Shown here: positions 27,801 through 39,250 of the stretch, piece after piece
Numbering within the stretch: position 1 is the first letter of the stretch
Layout of the letters: each line of letters starts with the position of its first letter
Assembly: GCA_021432655.1 (NCBI GenBank)
Contig: MU271541.1
Coordinates: 1 to 47,607, forward strand
Length of the DNA: 47,607 bases
Direction: 5' to 3'
Source: Atractiella rhizophila
Lineage: Eukaryota
Made by a program: the position numbers and the translations under genes
The notes under the pieces: generated by a model
The model's input: only the letters and a program-made list of their open reading frames with translations
Told to the model about the DNA's origin: nothing
Databases searched by the model: none

Positions 27801-30663
27801 GCCCATCACACACTTTCCAGTACACAATTCCCTCCACCGTTTTGACCATATGTGGCCAAAAAGTGCGTGCCAGGTTTGAGCAGTCGTAGCTGTATACGCA
27901 GAGATAGGAATATGAGTTGTGTGCTCCTTCGCAGGTAAGAAAGGGGCACTTTGCCTCCAGTTCGATCTGACTTTCGCCAAATTTTGCCATCCGAAAGTGC
28001 AGGCCATTCTCGCGTCGGAAGAGGAGACGATCACGAGTGTTGGTGAACTTGATCCCTCGTTTCATCAAGTCGAGTTGCAATATTAAAGTCACACCAAGAC
28101 CCAGGACATAAAGGCCAGTCCCAAAGTCCGCCTGCATGATGTCGCGGCCCTGGGCGTCTTCGAGGAGCGGTCCTACACGCCCACTGTGAGTCGCGAAACC
28201 TCCGGTGCCAAACGCTCCTACAACGAATAGAGGAGGATGGAGTGGACAGAGATCTTTGAAAAGTTCAGTGGAGCTTGACATGGACACGGTGGCAGCAGAA
28301 TCGACATAGGATGGAAGCGAAACTATGTCGACTCCGGGGACATCACGGGAGAGGAATCGATGGGCCCCGTCTGGGATGATGGCATTGTAGATAGAGGTAT
28401 GCGAGATTGAGGCGGTCGATCGGGGTTGGGAAACATCGTCCAAAGAGACTGAATAAGGAGATTTCGCCGCTGCAACATTTGCTGCAACATCAATAGGAAG
28501 TCGTCTGTCCACAATGCAAGTCAGAAAACAAATGGAAGAAATGAGATGAGAAGGTAATTGGTAATGACGAAAATTGTCATAATATGATGAGAAATCGGTT
28601 GGATAAGAAACTGATAAAGGAGAAGAAGAAGGATTGGAACCATTTCTGGGGCAGGGCTGTTCAGAAGAAATACTAGAAGAAGAAGCAAAACATGATTGGG
28701 AATCATAGATGAAACAAAGACTGCAGATAGTCTTGGATTAGCAGTAGTAGGGGAAGGCGTCCACATGGGGTCATTGTGTGGATGATCAGGATCTTGAAGA
28801 AATTCGAAAGCGATATACTGTTCATCTGTGTACGTGGCTAAGGCCTCTTTGAATGATTTTTCTCCATCAACTGCATATGCAGCTTTTGAGAGAAAGTGTG
28901 GTTTGCTTTCTGGGAGTGGGTTCTCAGCAGTATATATCCTGGAATATAAAGAGGATGTTCCTCCAAGTGTCCGCTGGTAGAAGGTTGAGGACTCTCCCAT
29001 CTACGTTGCTCATACGCCGTTGAACGAAGGACGGCCAATATGCAACATCTCCTTCCGTAATGAGTTTCCCGTTCAAATCCCCATCAAACTTTCCGTCAGG
29101 TCCAGGATTGAGTTGGTCTCGATGAGAAGAAGAGACCCTAGGATTGACAAGGTAGGCTGTAGCAAAGTTCGTGGGATTCGCTATCAATTTGTTGAGGGCG
29201 TGCGAAAGAATGTCGGAGTTTTATCAGTACGGATCCTAATCCAAAGTCACGGAAAGCGTGCAAGTGGGCATGCTCTTGATCACTCTCTGGAATGTTGCAG
29301 GGATGTCCCTCCCAAAGACAATACACACATTGATCTTGTCCAACGACAAAATGACCAGATGGAGAAATTGATCCTGGCCAATTCTGAAGTCCTTCGTAGT
29401 CCCATGCCTGAGATCCGTAGGAATCACGGTCAGGGTGAGAAAAAACATGTCGAGAGAACCGAGGGTATCGTTCGAAAACAATTCCTCAGAGAGGAACTAG
29501 GACACTGTAAGTATCTGAGCGCCGGCGATCAATCGGGGGAAGATCGTGTTGGATAATCTTGGTCCGATTGGGTGAGAAAGGAGCATTGGTCCGGATGTTC
29601 CCAGTGGGCAGAGGGGCATCGTCGTATGAAAATACCCGTGGTCCCGTAGTCAGAGGGCGCTGGTACCTAGGAATGTTGGCATTGTACCGTCGGGAATTCA
29701 TGCATCTAGAGCGTCCTACAGGAGGGAATTGTCGGTCGAGCCCAGTCACAAAAGCGCTAACGATCTGTGCTCTTGAAAATGATGTAGACCCGGTCGACAT
29801 CTCGTCCTCCAGTTGGTGCCGCACTCCATGGGAGCGGGCTACCTTCTTCAGGCGCTCAGAGCACACTGCCAGGTTGTTACGAGGCACTTTCGATTCATCC
29901 AAGGCCACATCCCTCCATTCCGCTTCCAAGCATTGACAAAGATTAAGAAACAAACTGGTTCTGAGTCAACGTATTGGGAGTCTGCTGCCAAAAGGGCAGC
30001 ATAAGAGTTGTTCCACATCGTGATAAATTCCGCCATGGATTGGCATCCTGAGTTCACTTGAGATAGTTTAGCAAAGGTATCCCAGGCAGAGTGGGCAATG
30101 ATGGAGTGGGATATGCCATAAACGGAGCGAAGTTTCACAACAATCGATGTTGCAAGTTCCTCGTCCGGAGCAATTTCGTTCTGAGCCGAAATATCCACAT
30201 TCGCGCGCAGGACAGCAACGGCATTCACATTTCCAGCTTCCCATTCAATTACATTCATTTCTCAAGCTCTTCGCGGCTTCAGACGCATCGTCCCCAGGAT
30301 AAACGGGTTTCTGTCGTATGAATCCATTGTCTGGTTTCTGATCGAGGCAAGATCGATAAACTTTTAGACTCTTGAGTCCAAGAACAATCGCTTTCCACCA
30401 TCGTTCAAACCCGACCCTTGAAATGGAAGGTATGTTGTCGATGATGTGGTTGCCACCACCACTGTACAGAGGCATTTCCGGACCCTCCATGGGGACATAA
30501 GAAGTAGAAGAAGAAGGTACAGACAGAGTTAAAGGCTTGGTGACTGAAGAGATAGCTGGAGAAGGAAATCGTGTGGATGATGATTCGTCAGGTACATTGA
30601 GACTTCGCTGATTACTGATATGGGGAGGCGACCGTCTAATGGGGTGGGGTAACGTTGTGACAT
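24802..30663 (-). pseudogene. Copia gag-pol, broken by multiple frameshifts/stops
   Basis: Successive ORF fragments in different frames carry gag, PR, IN, RT and RH motifs. Confidence 0.9.
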
Positions 30664-30739
30664 CAGAAATTGGAGTGGAAAAGGAAAAAAAATTTGATTC
30701 TTGGAATTGATCCGGATTCCTATCCGGCTCTCGCTACCA

Positions 30740-30860
30740 TGTGTGCTGGACCTGGTCCACAGCGGATGGTGGTCAAATCGCTGTGGAACCAGAACGTGAC
30801 CCTAATCCTAAGTGTAGAATGGAAGGGGACTGAGTGAACGAGAGAGCTCATGCTCTCACA
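30740..30860 (-). repeat. Copia 5' LTR (121 bp)
   Basis: TG..CA termini, immediately followed on the minus strand by a PBS complementary to an initiator-tRNA-Met-type 3' end (...GCTACCA). Confidence 0.95.
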
Positions 30861-31599
30861 TTCAGAACCTAGAATCTATTAAAACACAAGACTTTTTAGT
30901 AGAACCCATTGACTTAAAGCAAGGAAATTGACGTACCCCATCCCGTCTGTACATACCATCATGTGACAAGCATACGCCAAAGACAGGCATGTGCAAGACA
31001 AACAACCTGTGGTGTCAGTGACACACTATCTCAACAAGAAGACCTGAATGTTTTTCTTGAGGCACAAGTGTGTCATGAACTTCGTCCCTCAGGCCCTCCA
31101 ACCTACTTATATGGGGCATAGCCCCTTGAACCCTACTATAACCCTTGTAAGGGTTCGAGGCCAGTATGAAACACATTTTTTGACCTCTGCAAATTAAAGT
31201 TTCCTTGCAGATTCAGAAGGGTGCAAGTATATGCAATAAGGTGGCATAATTTATTTCATTGTACCAGGTGAGGGAGGCACAAATGTTCAAAAGTGTGTTT
31301 TATGACTCATGCCAAGAACTGATGAATCTTAGAGCCTAGGATTAAAGTAGCTTGACATCAACTCAGAGCTAACATCTAAACAAAGGAAAGCAATGCAGCG
31401 TATGATAATTCACAACAGGAAAGCATTTACTTACAGCTCTCTATTCTGTGGAGATGCTAATTTCGTTATCACACAGGAGATAGTCATCCTATCTCTTTGC
31501 CTTCCTATAGAGCATTACTAGCAGGCAGAGAGTTTATAGAGCAAGTAACTCTGCATGGGCAGCTCTAGTTGTTATTATATTTTCCAGTGGAAAGCTACA

Positions 31600-32070
31600 C
31601 TTTATGATAGATTATTGAGAACTTAATGCTGTCACGAAAGCAGATCAATACCCATGGAATGACGATATCTTTGAGCAGTTTCCAGCATGTCATGGCTCAA
31701 ACCATGATACAATGAAATGCTTCTATCAGCTACTAATTACACATCAAGAAGATAGAGAAAAAAAACTGTGTGCTCCTATCACAAAATCACTCAAAAAGTG
31801 GACAGAAGAATATCAACAGTCTTTTGAAAAGTTGCTTCAGGCCCTGTACCAGTACTTGCTCATCCAGACTATGGCAAGTCATCCATTATTTATACCGATG
31901 CCTCAACTATTGGATTGGGAGTTATTCATGCTGTGGAAGGGAAAGAACACCTCGTCATGTATTTCTCTCGGCAGCTTACCTCAGCTGAGACAAACTACAA
32001 CACATCTAAACTTGAGTGTCTTGCGATTATATGGGGATTAAGGGAACTCATACCAGCCATCAAAGGATGA
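31600..32070 (+). pseudogene. Ty3/Gypsy RT-RNase H remnant
   Basis: ELNAVTKADQYP, KWTEEYQQSFEKL, PVLAHPDY..IIYTDASTIGLG and FSRQLTSAETNYNTSKLECLAIIWGL in broken frames. Confidence 0.85.
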
Positions 32071-32639
32071 CAAATAAATTAACCTGACTTACAAGTGGTA
32101 CACTGTCAGAGGGGCAAGAGGTCATAAATTTCTGATCTCTCATCAGCGTAATGGGAAGAATTTTGAACAAGAATGGAAGAGAGTGGTAGATTGTCGATAG
32201 AGGGAAAACAGAAATGCAACCTGTGTTTGTTGATAAGTTTGAGCAACCTTTCTAGTATTGTATCAATAGTGCATATCATTCTAGAGTCCTCTTTTTACTG
32301 GGTTCCCAAAGCAATAACAAACCGGATTATTAGGAGGGAACTGAAAACTGGAATATGTGTTGCAGTAACAAACAGAGTTGGAAGTTTAAAATTGCTTTCC
32401 AGTGTCCACAATGCCAGCAGTGATTGTAGCCTTGCTGTTAGGGCTGACATGCTGTAAGGCTATCAAGTAAGGGGCTACCACTTAGACTGGATATCCTAAG
32501 GGAACCAGAACGTAAGGCAAACGGAATAAATAGATGATCCACCAATCTCGAACAATCTTGGCTTAAGATCGTTCTCCCTCTTGCTTCTTGGATCTTATGC
32601 CATTCCATAAGATGACATATGTATATCGAGTAGTCACCA

Positions 32640-33850
32640 TACAAAACACTAGAAGATTTTCTGATGTCACTTTATGGACTGGTTGATGCTGGACGAAGAG
32701 GAGTCCTCACCCATGGTCTGATCAACAGGAAGAGACAGTTCTTCCCATTCCACTGAACAGACGAAGGATGACTCTGAGCCAGCAACTCAGAGACATGAAA
32801 TTTTACCCTCAGGATAGCAACTTGATCTGGCCTTGCGGATCATTTGACAGATCTAGTCAAGGATGTTGTGATATACCCAGTCATTTTCCTAAAGGTAGCT
32901 TGGTTAACATAAGAGCTGACAACAGATTGCTCCTTGTGTTCCTTTGGGACCTTTTCAAAATACACCTTGTACTGTGCTAACTTCAGATGCATTGAGCAGG
33001 GTAGTAGAATAATATACATCCTTGTCAATGAACGGTATTAAGTCGAAGGTAGAAAGCCTCCAATCTTTCTCTGGTACCCCAACAAAAGTCAGGATGTGTT
33101 CCTTTAAAAGAGAAGATACTCTCACCTACTTTTCCTTCACCTTCACTATGAGAAGGTGTGCACCATATTTAATCTGGACGTTTTCAGGCATATCTGCAAA
33201 TTACAATCTCAGCTAAATAACAAGCTGATTTGGGCTTCATCAATCAGCTGGTCTTCCTCATTAGTGATGACCTCCAGGACCTGAGGTACAATCAATATTA
33301 CCTCCTCTCTTTACCCACGATAAATGATGAACAACTCACTTTGACTGTGGCAGACATATTCATCTTCTTTGTCCTACCCTTTTTGCTCTTCTTCTTGCCC
33401 TTTCTAACATCTTTCCCTCCATCTTTGTCAGATACTTCTAACAAACTCAGCTCATCTGCAGGGGACCTTTAGGTGGACCTTCCATGACAAGGTCTTCATC
33501 TTTGTTGAAGGAAGGATGGTTTGATTTGCCCTCTTTCTCCATCTCGAAGGTGATGTGGTTGGATTCGTTCGACAACCTCTGTTTCTTCAACATCCTATTC
33601 TCGCTCAATTCAATCATTCTTTTCTTCTCCCTTGCTTTGTGAAACGGAACATTATCTGAGTCTGAACTTAGAGGTGTTAGAGATTTAGAAGCTAAAAACT
33701 ACCATCTATTTCCACTCCTTCAATCCAGAGGGAAAGGGTCTATCCTAATTGGAACATGCAGCTAGAATTAGAAACAACCTGACAGGGCAGGCTGGTAGTG
33801 AACTCACATGAGTAAACATGCTCGTATCCTTACTCTGACGAGTGGTTCAA
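32640..33850 (-). pseudogene. Decayed intron-containing ORF, possibly a transposon accessory gene
   Basis: Lys/Glu-rich coding-like stretches with GTGAGT..CAG intron signals and many stops. No family recognised. Confidence 0.3.
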
Positions 33851-35399
33851 ACCATTTTGTTAATCATAAGCCATATGTCTTACAAAGATAATCTTTGAGT
33901 GTGAACTATATCAAAAATAGGAAAATGACTGGAAAATAATTTCTATTGGTGTAATTGTTCTTAGTGAGAAGTTGTACAAGTTGCAAGTGGTGGTGGTGGT
34001 TGATCTCTAATTTTGCCCTACCATATAGGAAGGCAGAGGCAAGGAGGAGAGAATATCTTTTATGTCTTTTCATGCAGTTGTGATGTTTTGAAGTTTATGA
34101 ATGTATAGATGTGCAACACATGACTTACTTACGACTCCTGCCCATCCTCTTTTTCCATCTATGAGCAGCACTCAAGTTCTAATTTTACCCTTGAAATCCC
34201 CCATGGTCAGGATCATAATGTTTCTTTCTTCCGTCGTCTATTAGGAGAAGAACACCCTTCAACCCCGTGCTGACCAAAATCGCCCTGAAGAAATGAGTGA
34301 ACGACTGTTATGAAGCTTGTGAATTTTGGTTCAATCTTTAAAAAGAGTTCTATCGAGAAACATTGCTATCAGTTTTTGATAGCAGCAAGCGTTTCAAAGA
34401 GGCAGCTTGTACCTTAGAAGTGGTCCAGGGCATGTGAGTAGCATGTCAAGCAGTCTTAGCATGGAAAGGACTTAGACGAGACAATATATAAAGGTTAGAA
34501 GCTTTTACGACTAAACTTTACAAAGTTTATATTCTTTGACCTCTTTCATACTAGGTTTAAACAACAATGATTTTGTAAGTAAGCTAGGTACAAGACTTAA
34601 TGCTGCTAGTTGTTGGCAATCCTTATATTATCCAGAGAAGTACTAAAAGATGAAATGTATACAAGAAGAGGTTTGAAGATTGGTTGCAGAGGTATTAGTC
34701 TGGTCTCTGGAATATGCTGAAGGAGTAGAATGGTTGGAATGTCCTGAAAGAATCATTAGAGTGCTCGTTTGAGCTCCTTTTATGTGGTTGTGAAATTGTT
34801 CTAGAATATTCTAAACGCTCTAGGCAATGGCAGTTAAGGTTATTCAGAGAATGTTCTAGGCTATTCTACCATATTTCAGAGTAATGTCCTAGACTGCTCT
34901 AAGATGTTCCAGAAGGTTCCTCTCCTATAATGCATAAAGCCTCGAGCATTAGCCAATAGACAGGTCTTCCATCTTCCTCATTTTTTACCTTACTATCATT
35001 CTGAATGTTGTGGTAGACCTCTGTATCTAGCATATTCTATTACTATTATATTCCATTATAATAACTCTTACAAAGCACTTTTTCTCACTTTTTTCTATAA
35101 AACTGATGATTGGGTCCTAAGGAGGATAGAACCTCTGGATAATGGGAGTCTCAGAGGCTAGTGTTGTCTTAATTACAAAGAGATTATTACCAATTTAAAG
35201 GAAATATCATGGTTTATCATTTTTAAATAATCAGGATATTTTTGGGATTTGTAGTAACATTCTAAGCTTAAGCCAAATGTGATGGCTGAGTAGAGCTCAC
35301 TCAGAGCTTTAAACAGAGCCTTGGATGGCCTTATTCTTGTTGAAATTTGGTGAAATTATGATCAATTTTTAAAAATGGTCTCTGTTGATGCTACATATC

Positions 35400-36600
35400 C
35401 GCTGTTTTTCTTGTTTTACCAACCTTGGATGCATACCAAGTCTTGGCATGCAATAAAACCTTCTTTGTCACAATTTTTGATGTAAAATTGTCATTATTAC
35501 TTGTATTTCCAGAATAGGAAGTTCCAGGAAAGGCAGGTGTGCTGCATTTGACTTCTGATGGTGGATGCTTTTTGGTTGGGAAGGAAGAGGTATATCATCA
35601 TCAATAGAGGGAATGTAGACACTTTGGCAATGGTACACCCCGTCGAATATCAATGAAAGACTCATTCTGTCCTCAGCTTTACCTTTTTTATCTCACAGTC
35701 ACTTTCAATTACGCCTCCCCCTGATCTTACCCTATTTATGTTCGTCCCATTATTGTATGGCAGGATTTATTTATGCTCATCATCTACATCAGATAACTGG
35801 GAGAGTATTTGGGGAGTGAAGCAAACTCTTTGATTGGACGCCATTGAAGGTAATTGGAGCATCCAGGATGCCTTCAGCGGTCCTGTCCAAATTTGAATAC
35901 ATGATGTAGACGATATGACAGATAGTCTTCTTCAAACATTCTTGACCTTCGTGTAGCTTGACAAAATTGCCAAGAAAAAAAGAGATTTCCATACGATACA
36001 GCTCTTGATATCCAATCCCTTTGATATAATAATGTGATACTTTTCCAACTCCCTTGCCGAATGATAACACTGTCAGATAAGGAAGCTTCATCCTAAGGTG
36101 AGTTAGTTGCATCTGGAGGAGGCTGTTCAAGTTTTCCTGAATATCTTCATGAGCAGGAGTAATAAATATAGGAGCCCTGGTCTTGCTTTTTGTATCACCC
36201 TTGCTTGGAAACTTCTAACTCAGCTTTCTTCCCTCGTTGTGCCGATAACTCATTAAAAATCAAGCGGAGCCTTTTTAATAAAAGAATGATAGAATCTATC
36301 TTATTCTGTTGTATAGCAATTCAAAAACACTTTTGAATGGGTCTACATTTTAGAGGGAATTGTACATATCAGAATTGAACTCATCAAACATCTTCTAGTG
36401 TGATGAAAGGGGCGTGATTAGACCATTTCTAACATTGACCTGGTGTTCGTTGAATCTAAACAGGTGTCAACGAAGATGTAACATTTGCTTGGATTGAAGG
36501 TGCCAGTCTGGTCCAATAGATTGAACACTATTGAGATGGTTATCCATCAGTAATAACCTCCTCCCATCCACTAGGTCCATCTGGTCTCACTTGAAGTCAC
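35400..36600 (-). pseudogene. Possible decayed LTR-retrotransposon gag region downstream of LTR family B
   Basis: Lies directly inside LTR-B; only weak gag-like fragments. Confidence 0.3.
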
Positions 36601-36934
36601 TATCTTCTCCGTAAGGTCACCACCACTACATCTTGATATATATATCCATATGTAAAGGCACTACTATAAACTGTAACATATGTTTCTTGAAACACGTAAG
36701 ATAACTAGATCAGGAAAGCAATAAAGGGAATACTTAGAAATAAGATATACTGAGCAGTACTAGTGAGAAAGGATAATAAGGCGAAAATGGGGACAGTGCG
36801 GACCGGCGAAATGTATAAGGTTTGCTGAGCGGCGATTTGTATGAGATAGGGAAAGCGGGGGACAGTGCAGGCATGAGCAAAGCGGTGATAGGTAAGCATA
36901 TGATCCTATGACGTGGTAAAGTAGGTCACGTGAC

Positions 36935-37457
36935 TGTCAGGGTTCGAGCCCCTGATATACCTTAAGTACAGACCAAGATGGGTGTAAACACCCATCATTA
37001 GCTCTTTTAGTTCAGTTGGTTAGCTGTTGGTCTGTAGCCATTCTGACAGAATGATGGGTTACGTGGGTCGTTGGTTCGAATCCCAGTCCCAGCGGCTTAC
37101 AGCTCCCTGGCCCCCGGTCCAGGAGTGGTGACCCTGTAGGGGGGTTACGGAGCTGGGGGGTCAGCTACTTAAGTTAACTTTGTTCTGTTGTATTCTGTTG
37201 TATTCTGTTGTGTGGCTACTTGTCCTGTGCAGGTTGTAAGTCTAGAGAAGAGTAAGACCCAAAAGGGGCTGTCCTAGCAGCCATAGGCTGTGAGTCAGAC
37301 CAGAAAGCACACAGACACAAAGATACAAAGAACAAGGGGGTGATGTCAGGGTTCGAGCCCCTGATATACCTTAAGTACAGACCAAGATGGGTGTAAACAC
37401 CCATCATTAGCTCTTTTAGTTCAGTTGGTTAGTTGTTGGTCTGTAGCCATTCTGACA
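36935..37457 (+). mobile_element. TRIM (miniature non-autonomous LTR retrotransposon) with tRNA-derived sequence
   Basis: 114-bp LTRs at 36935-37048 and 37344-37457 (1 mismatch; TGTCAG..CTGACA ends). TSD GTGAC at 36930-36934 and 37458-37462. 295-bp non-coding interior; purine-rich tract AAAGAACAAGGGGG just before the 3' LTR. Confidence 0.95.
37001..37090 (+). promoter_or_regulatory. tRNA-Tyr(GTA)-like Pol III internal promoter (A box + B box); not a functional tRNA
   Basis: A box TAGTTCAGTTGG 37008-37019, CTGTAG 37032-37037, B box GGTTCGAATCC 37073-37083. The acceptor stem does not pair. Confidence 0.75.
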
Positions 37458-37679
37458 GTGACTTCAGATGGTACATTTCGGTAATGCGTAGGGACAAGCC
37501 TGACAGGAAGCCGCTTACAGCTGTATTAAAAAATCCATCCCTCGGCATCAATTGCATATTCTATGAATATAGTGTAAGTCAAAAGGAAAAGATATCATCT
37601 TGTGACTTTGAGGAAGAAAAAAAAAGAGTGGTAAAAGCTAGAAAAACTACCAGGGTACAAGCATTACTTACTAATAAAG

Positions 37680-38300
37680 AGAGACAGTAGACACTGGAGC
37701 CATTGCTCCTATGATATCTCATCATTTGTTTCAAAATGATGATCAGAAACATTGCATTCATCATCCATTCCAAAAGAAAAGAATCTATATATTCCTGCTT
37801 AAACAACCTGCCAAGCCAATAGTTATCAGAAATGTATTTTATATCCCAACGTTAAAATCGAATCTCCTCTCACTCTTCTCTTTACAGCAATATACAATTG
37901 TTATTCTTGAGACTTTATAAAGTTCTTAAGAAAAGGAAAGATTTGGTTCACAGTAATAATGGAGAACAAGGTCGCCACTTATGGAAGGACCAACACTGAA
38001 TTCTTTAATCCTACACAAATAGAAGCCAAGGCTCAGTTACTTCAGATTCAAAAACAACATTGCGTTTTCCCATATTATTTTCCAGCAAAGGTTTATAAGT
38101 TCTTAAGCTAGGTCATATCAATCTGAAGGAAGGCCCTTTAGGTATTAGAAGAGAAGTCTGATATTGGATGAGATTTGTAGCTGACTATTCCTGATACCAT
38201 GGATTTACCTCTCCTGAAAGAAAAGTAAAGCATATCAAGATTTTTAAGACTTTAACACTATGGCAGATATGTAGACCAGACAGGCTTTGAGGTATTATGG
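37680..38300 (+). pseudogene. Copia protease/integrase-region remnant
   Basis: IRNVFYIPTLKSNLLSL motif typical of Copia pol; heavily degraded. Confidence 0.6.
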
Positions 38301-38613
38301 TTGTAAATAGTCTTAAGGCTTCTTTCATAATCTATAACAGCATTTGGAGCATTTTTTAGGTTTTTCAAGTGTCTCTTGTGAGGATTTGGCACTGCATTGA
38401 GCAGCATTTATGTCACTTCCATTTGGGCTCTTAGTCTTTTACTAGTTTTGCTTCCTTACAGGTTATATACGTCCTGCTGAGCTGCTTAACATATAAAAAG
38501 CCTGTTAATATTTTGTTGTAATACATTTCTTCAGACCTTGGAATCAACAAATGGTAGTGAGAGCAGTTCAATTTACAAGCACCAACCACTTGTAGCCACT
38601 TGATCAACACAAC

Positions 38614-39250
38614 CATGTCCACTCCAACCTTAACTCTCTGATTCACTCTGTTCCCAAGCTTATGGAAACAAATTATTATGACTAGAAATTTGCTGTCTCG
38701 TTGTTTTGAAGAGAGATGGTTGCTAGGAGGAAGTAAGTGGAGTGGTGAGAGCCTTCCATGAGGAGATGAAGAAACTGAAGAACTGGAAAGATGCGAACGA
38801 GGTTGGGCTGACGATCATTAGATTAAGTGTGGATCCTTCACAATTCATCTACATCTGAGATTCAGCTACCAGGATGGTGGCATGGAAGGTTTTGAAAGAC
38901 AAGCATAAGAAAAACAGCTGCACAAACCGTATCACACTTAAACACTGTTTCTATAATGCGAAACACAACCCTCGGAGCCAATTGAGTCCTACGTTTAAGA
39001 AGTTTCTGCCACTGTATCAAATCTCAAATTGATTGGACTCCAGATCTCCAATACCGATATTACAGATGTCCTCATTTTTAACCTCATGGAGTACTGGAAG
39101 AACTTGCTGGATCGTTATTGGCAACTAAGGAAGAGTTGTCCATTCAAGATGTTATTGGTGCTCTCAGGGATGAGGAAGGGAGAACAAGAGGTTCAGGGGA
39201 GTCAAGGGAGGCACTGCTCACAAATGTGGAGAAGGTTCAAGAGGCGCGAT
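38614..39250 (+). pseudogene. Copia gag remnant
   Basis: PKLMETNYYD.KF, WKDANEVGLTIIRLSVDPSQFIYI..S...AWKVLKDKH, which resembles a Retrotran_gag_2-type pattern; several stops. Confidence 0.7.

Larger units (their letters stand above)
24384..30860 (-). mobile_element. Ty1/Copia LTR retrotransposon, full-length but frameshifted
   Basis: LTRs 30740-30860 and 24384-24560 (TG..CA). TSD TTCAG at 24379-24383 and 30861-30865. PBS TGGTAGCGAGAGCC (30739-30726); PPT TGAGGGGGGG (24570-24561). Domain order gag, protease (VDSAAT), WH..FGH/CxxC, integrase (RSNNGGEF), RT (KYKARLVARG), RNase H (SSTEAEY, TKHVDVHYHF). Confidence 0.97.
36610..37505. repeat. LTR family B, copy 1 (~368 bp), interrupted by the TRIM
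   Basis: Termini (C)GTAAGG...CCTGACA; homologous in inverted orientation to 41510-41724. Confidence 0.85.

Noticed and set aside
29020..29936. Plus-strand ORFs of 178 and 125 aa inside the Copia element
   Set aside because: Antisense shadows of gag with no independent motif.
31120..31305. Imperfect inverted repeats suggesting a MITE
   Set aside because: No clear termini or TSD; too degenerate to call.
24132..32650. A single intact Gypsy element bounded by 24132 and 32436
   Set aside because: The LTR similarity covers only ~70 nt, and no TSD or PPT was found.
37001..37090. Functional tRNA-Tyr gene
   Set aside because: The acceptor and T stems do not pair; only the promoter boxes and anticodon-loop motif remain.
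37177..37215. Short repeats as a CRISPR-like array
   Set aside because: Simple 10-nt tandem repeat without spacers in a eukaryotic context.
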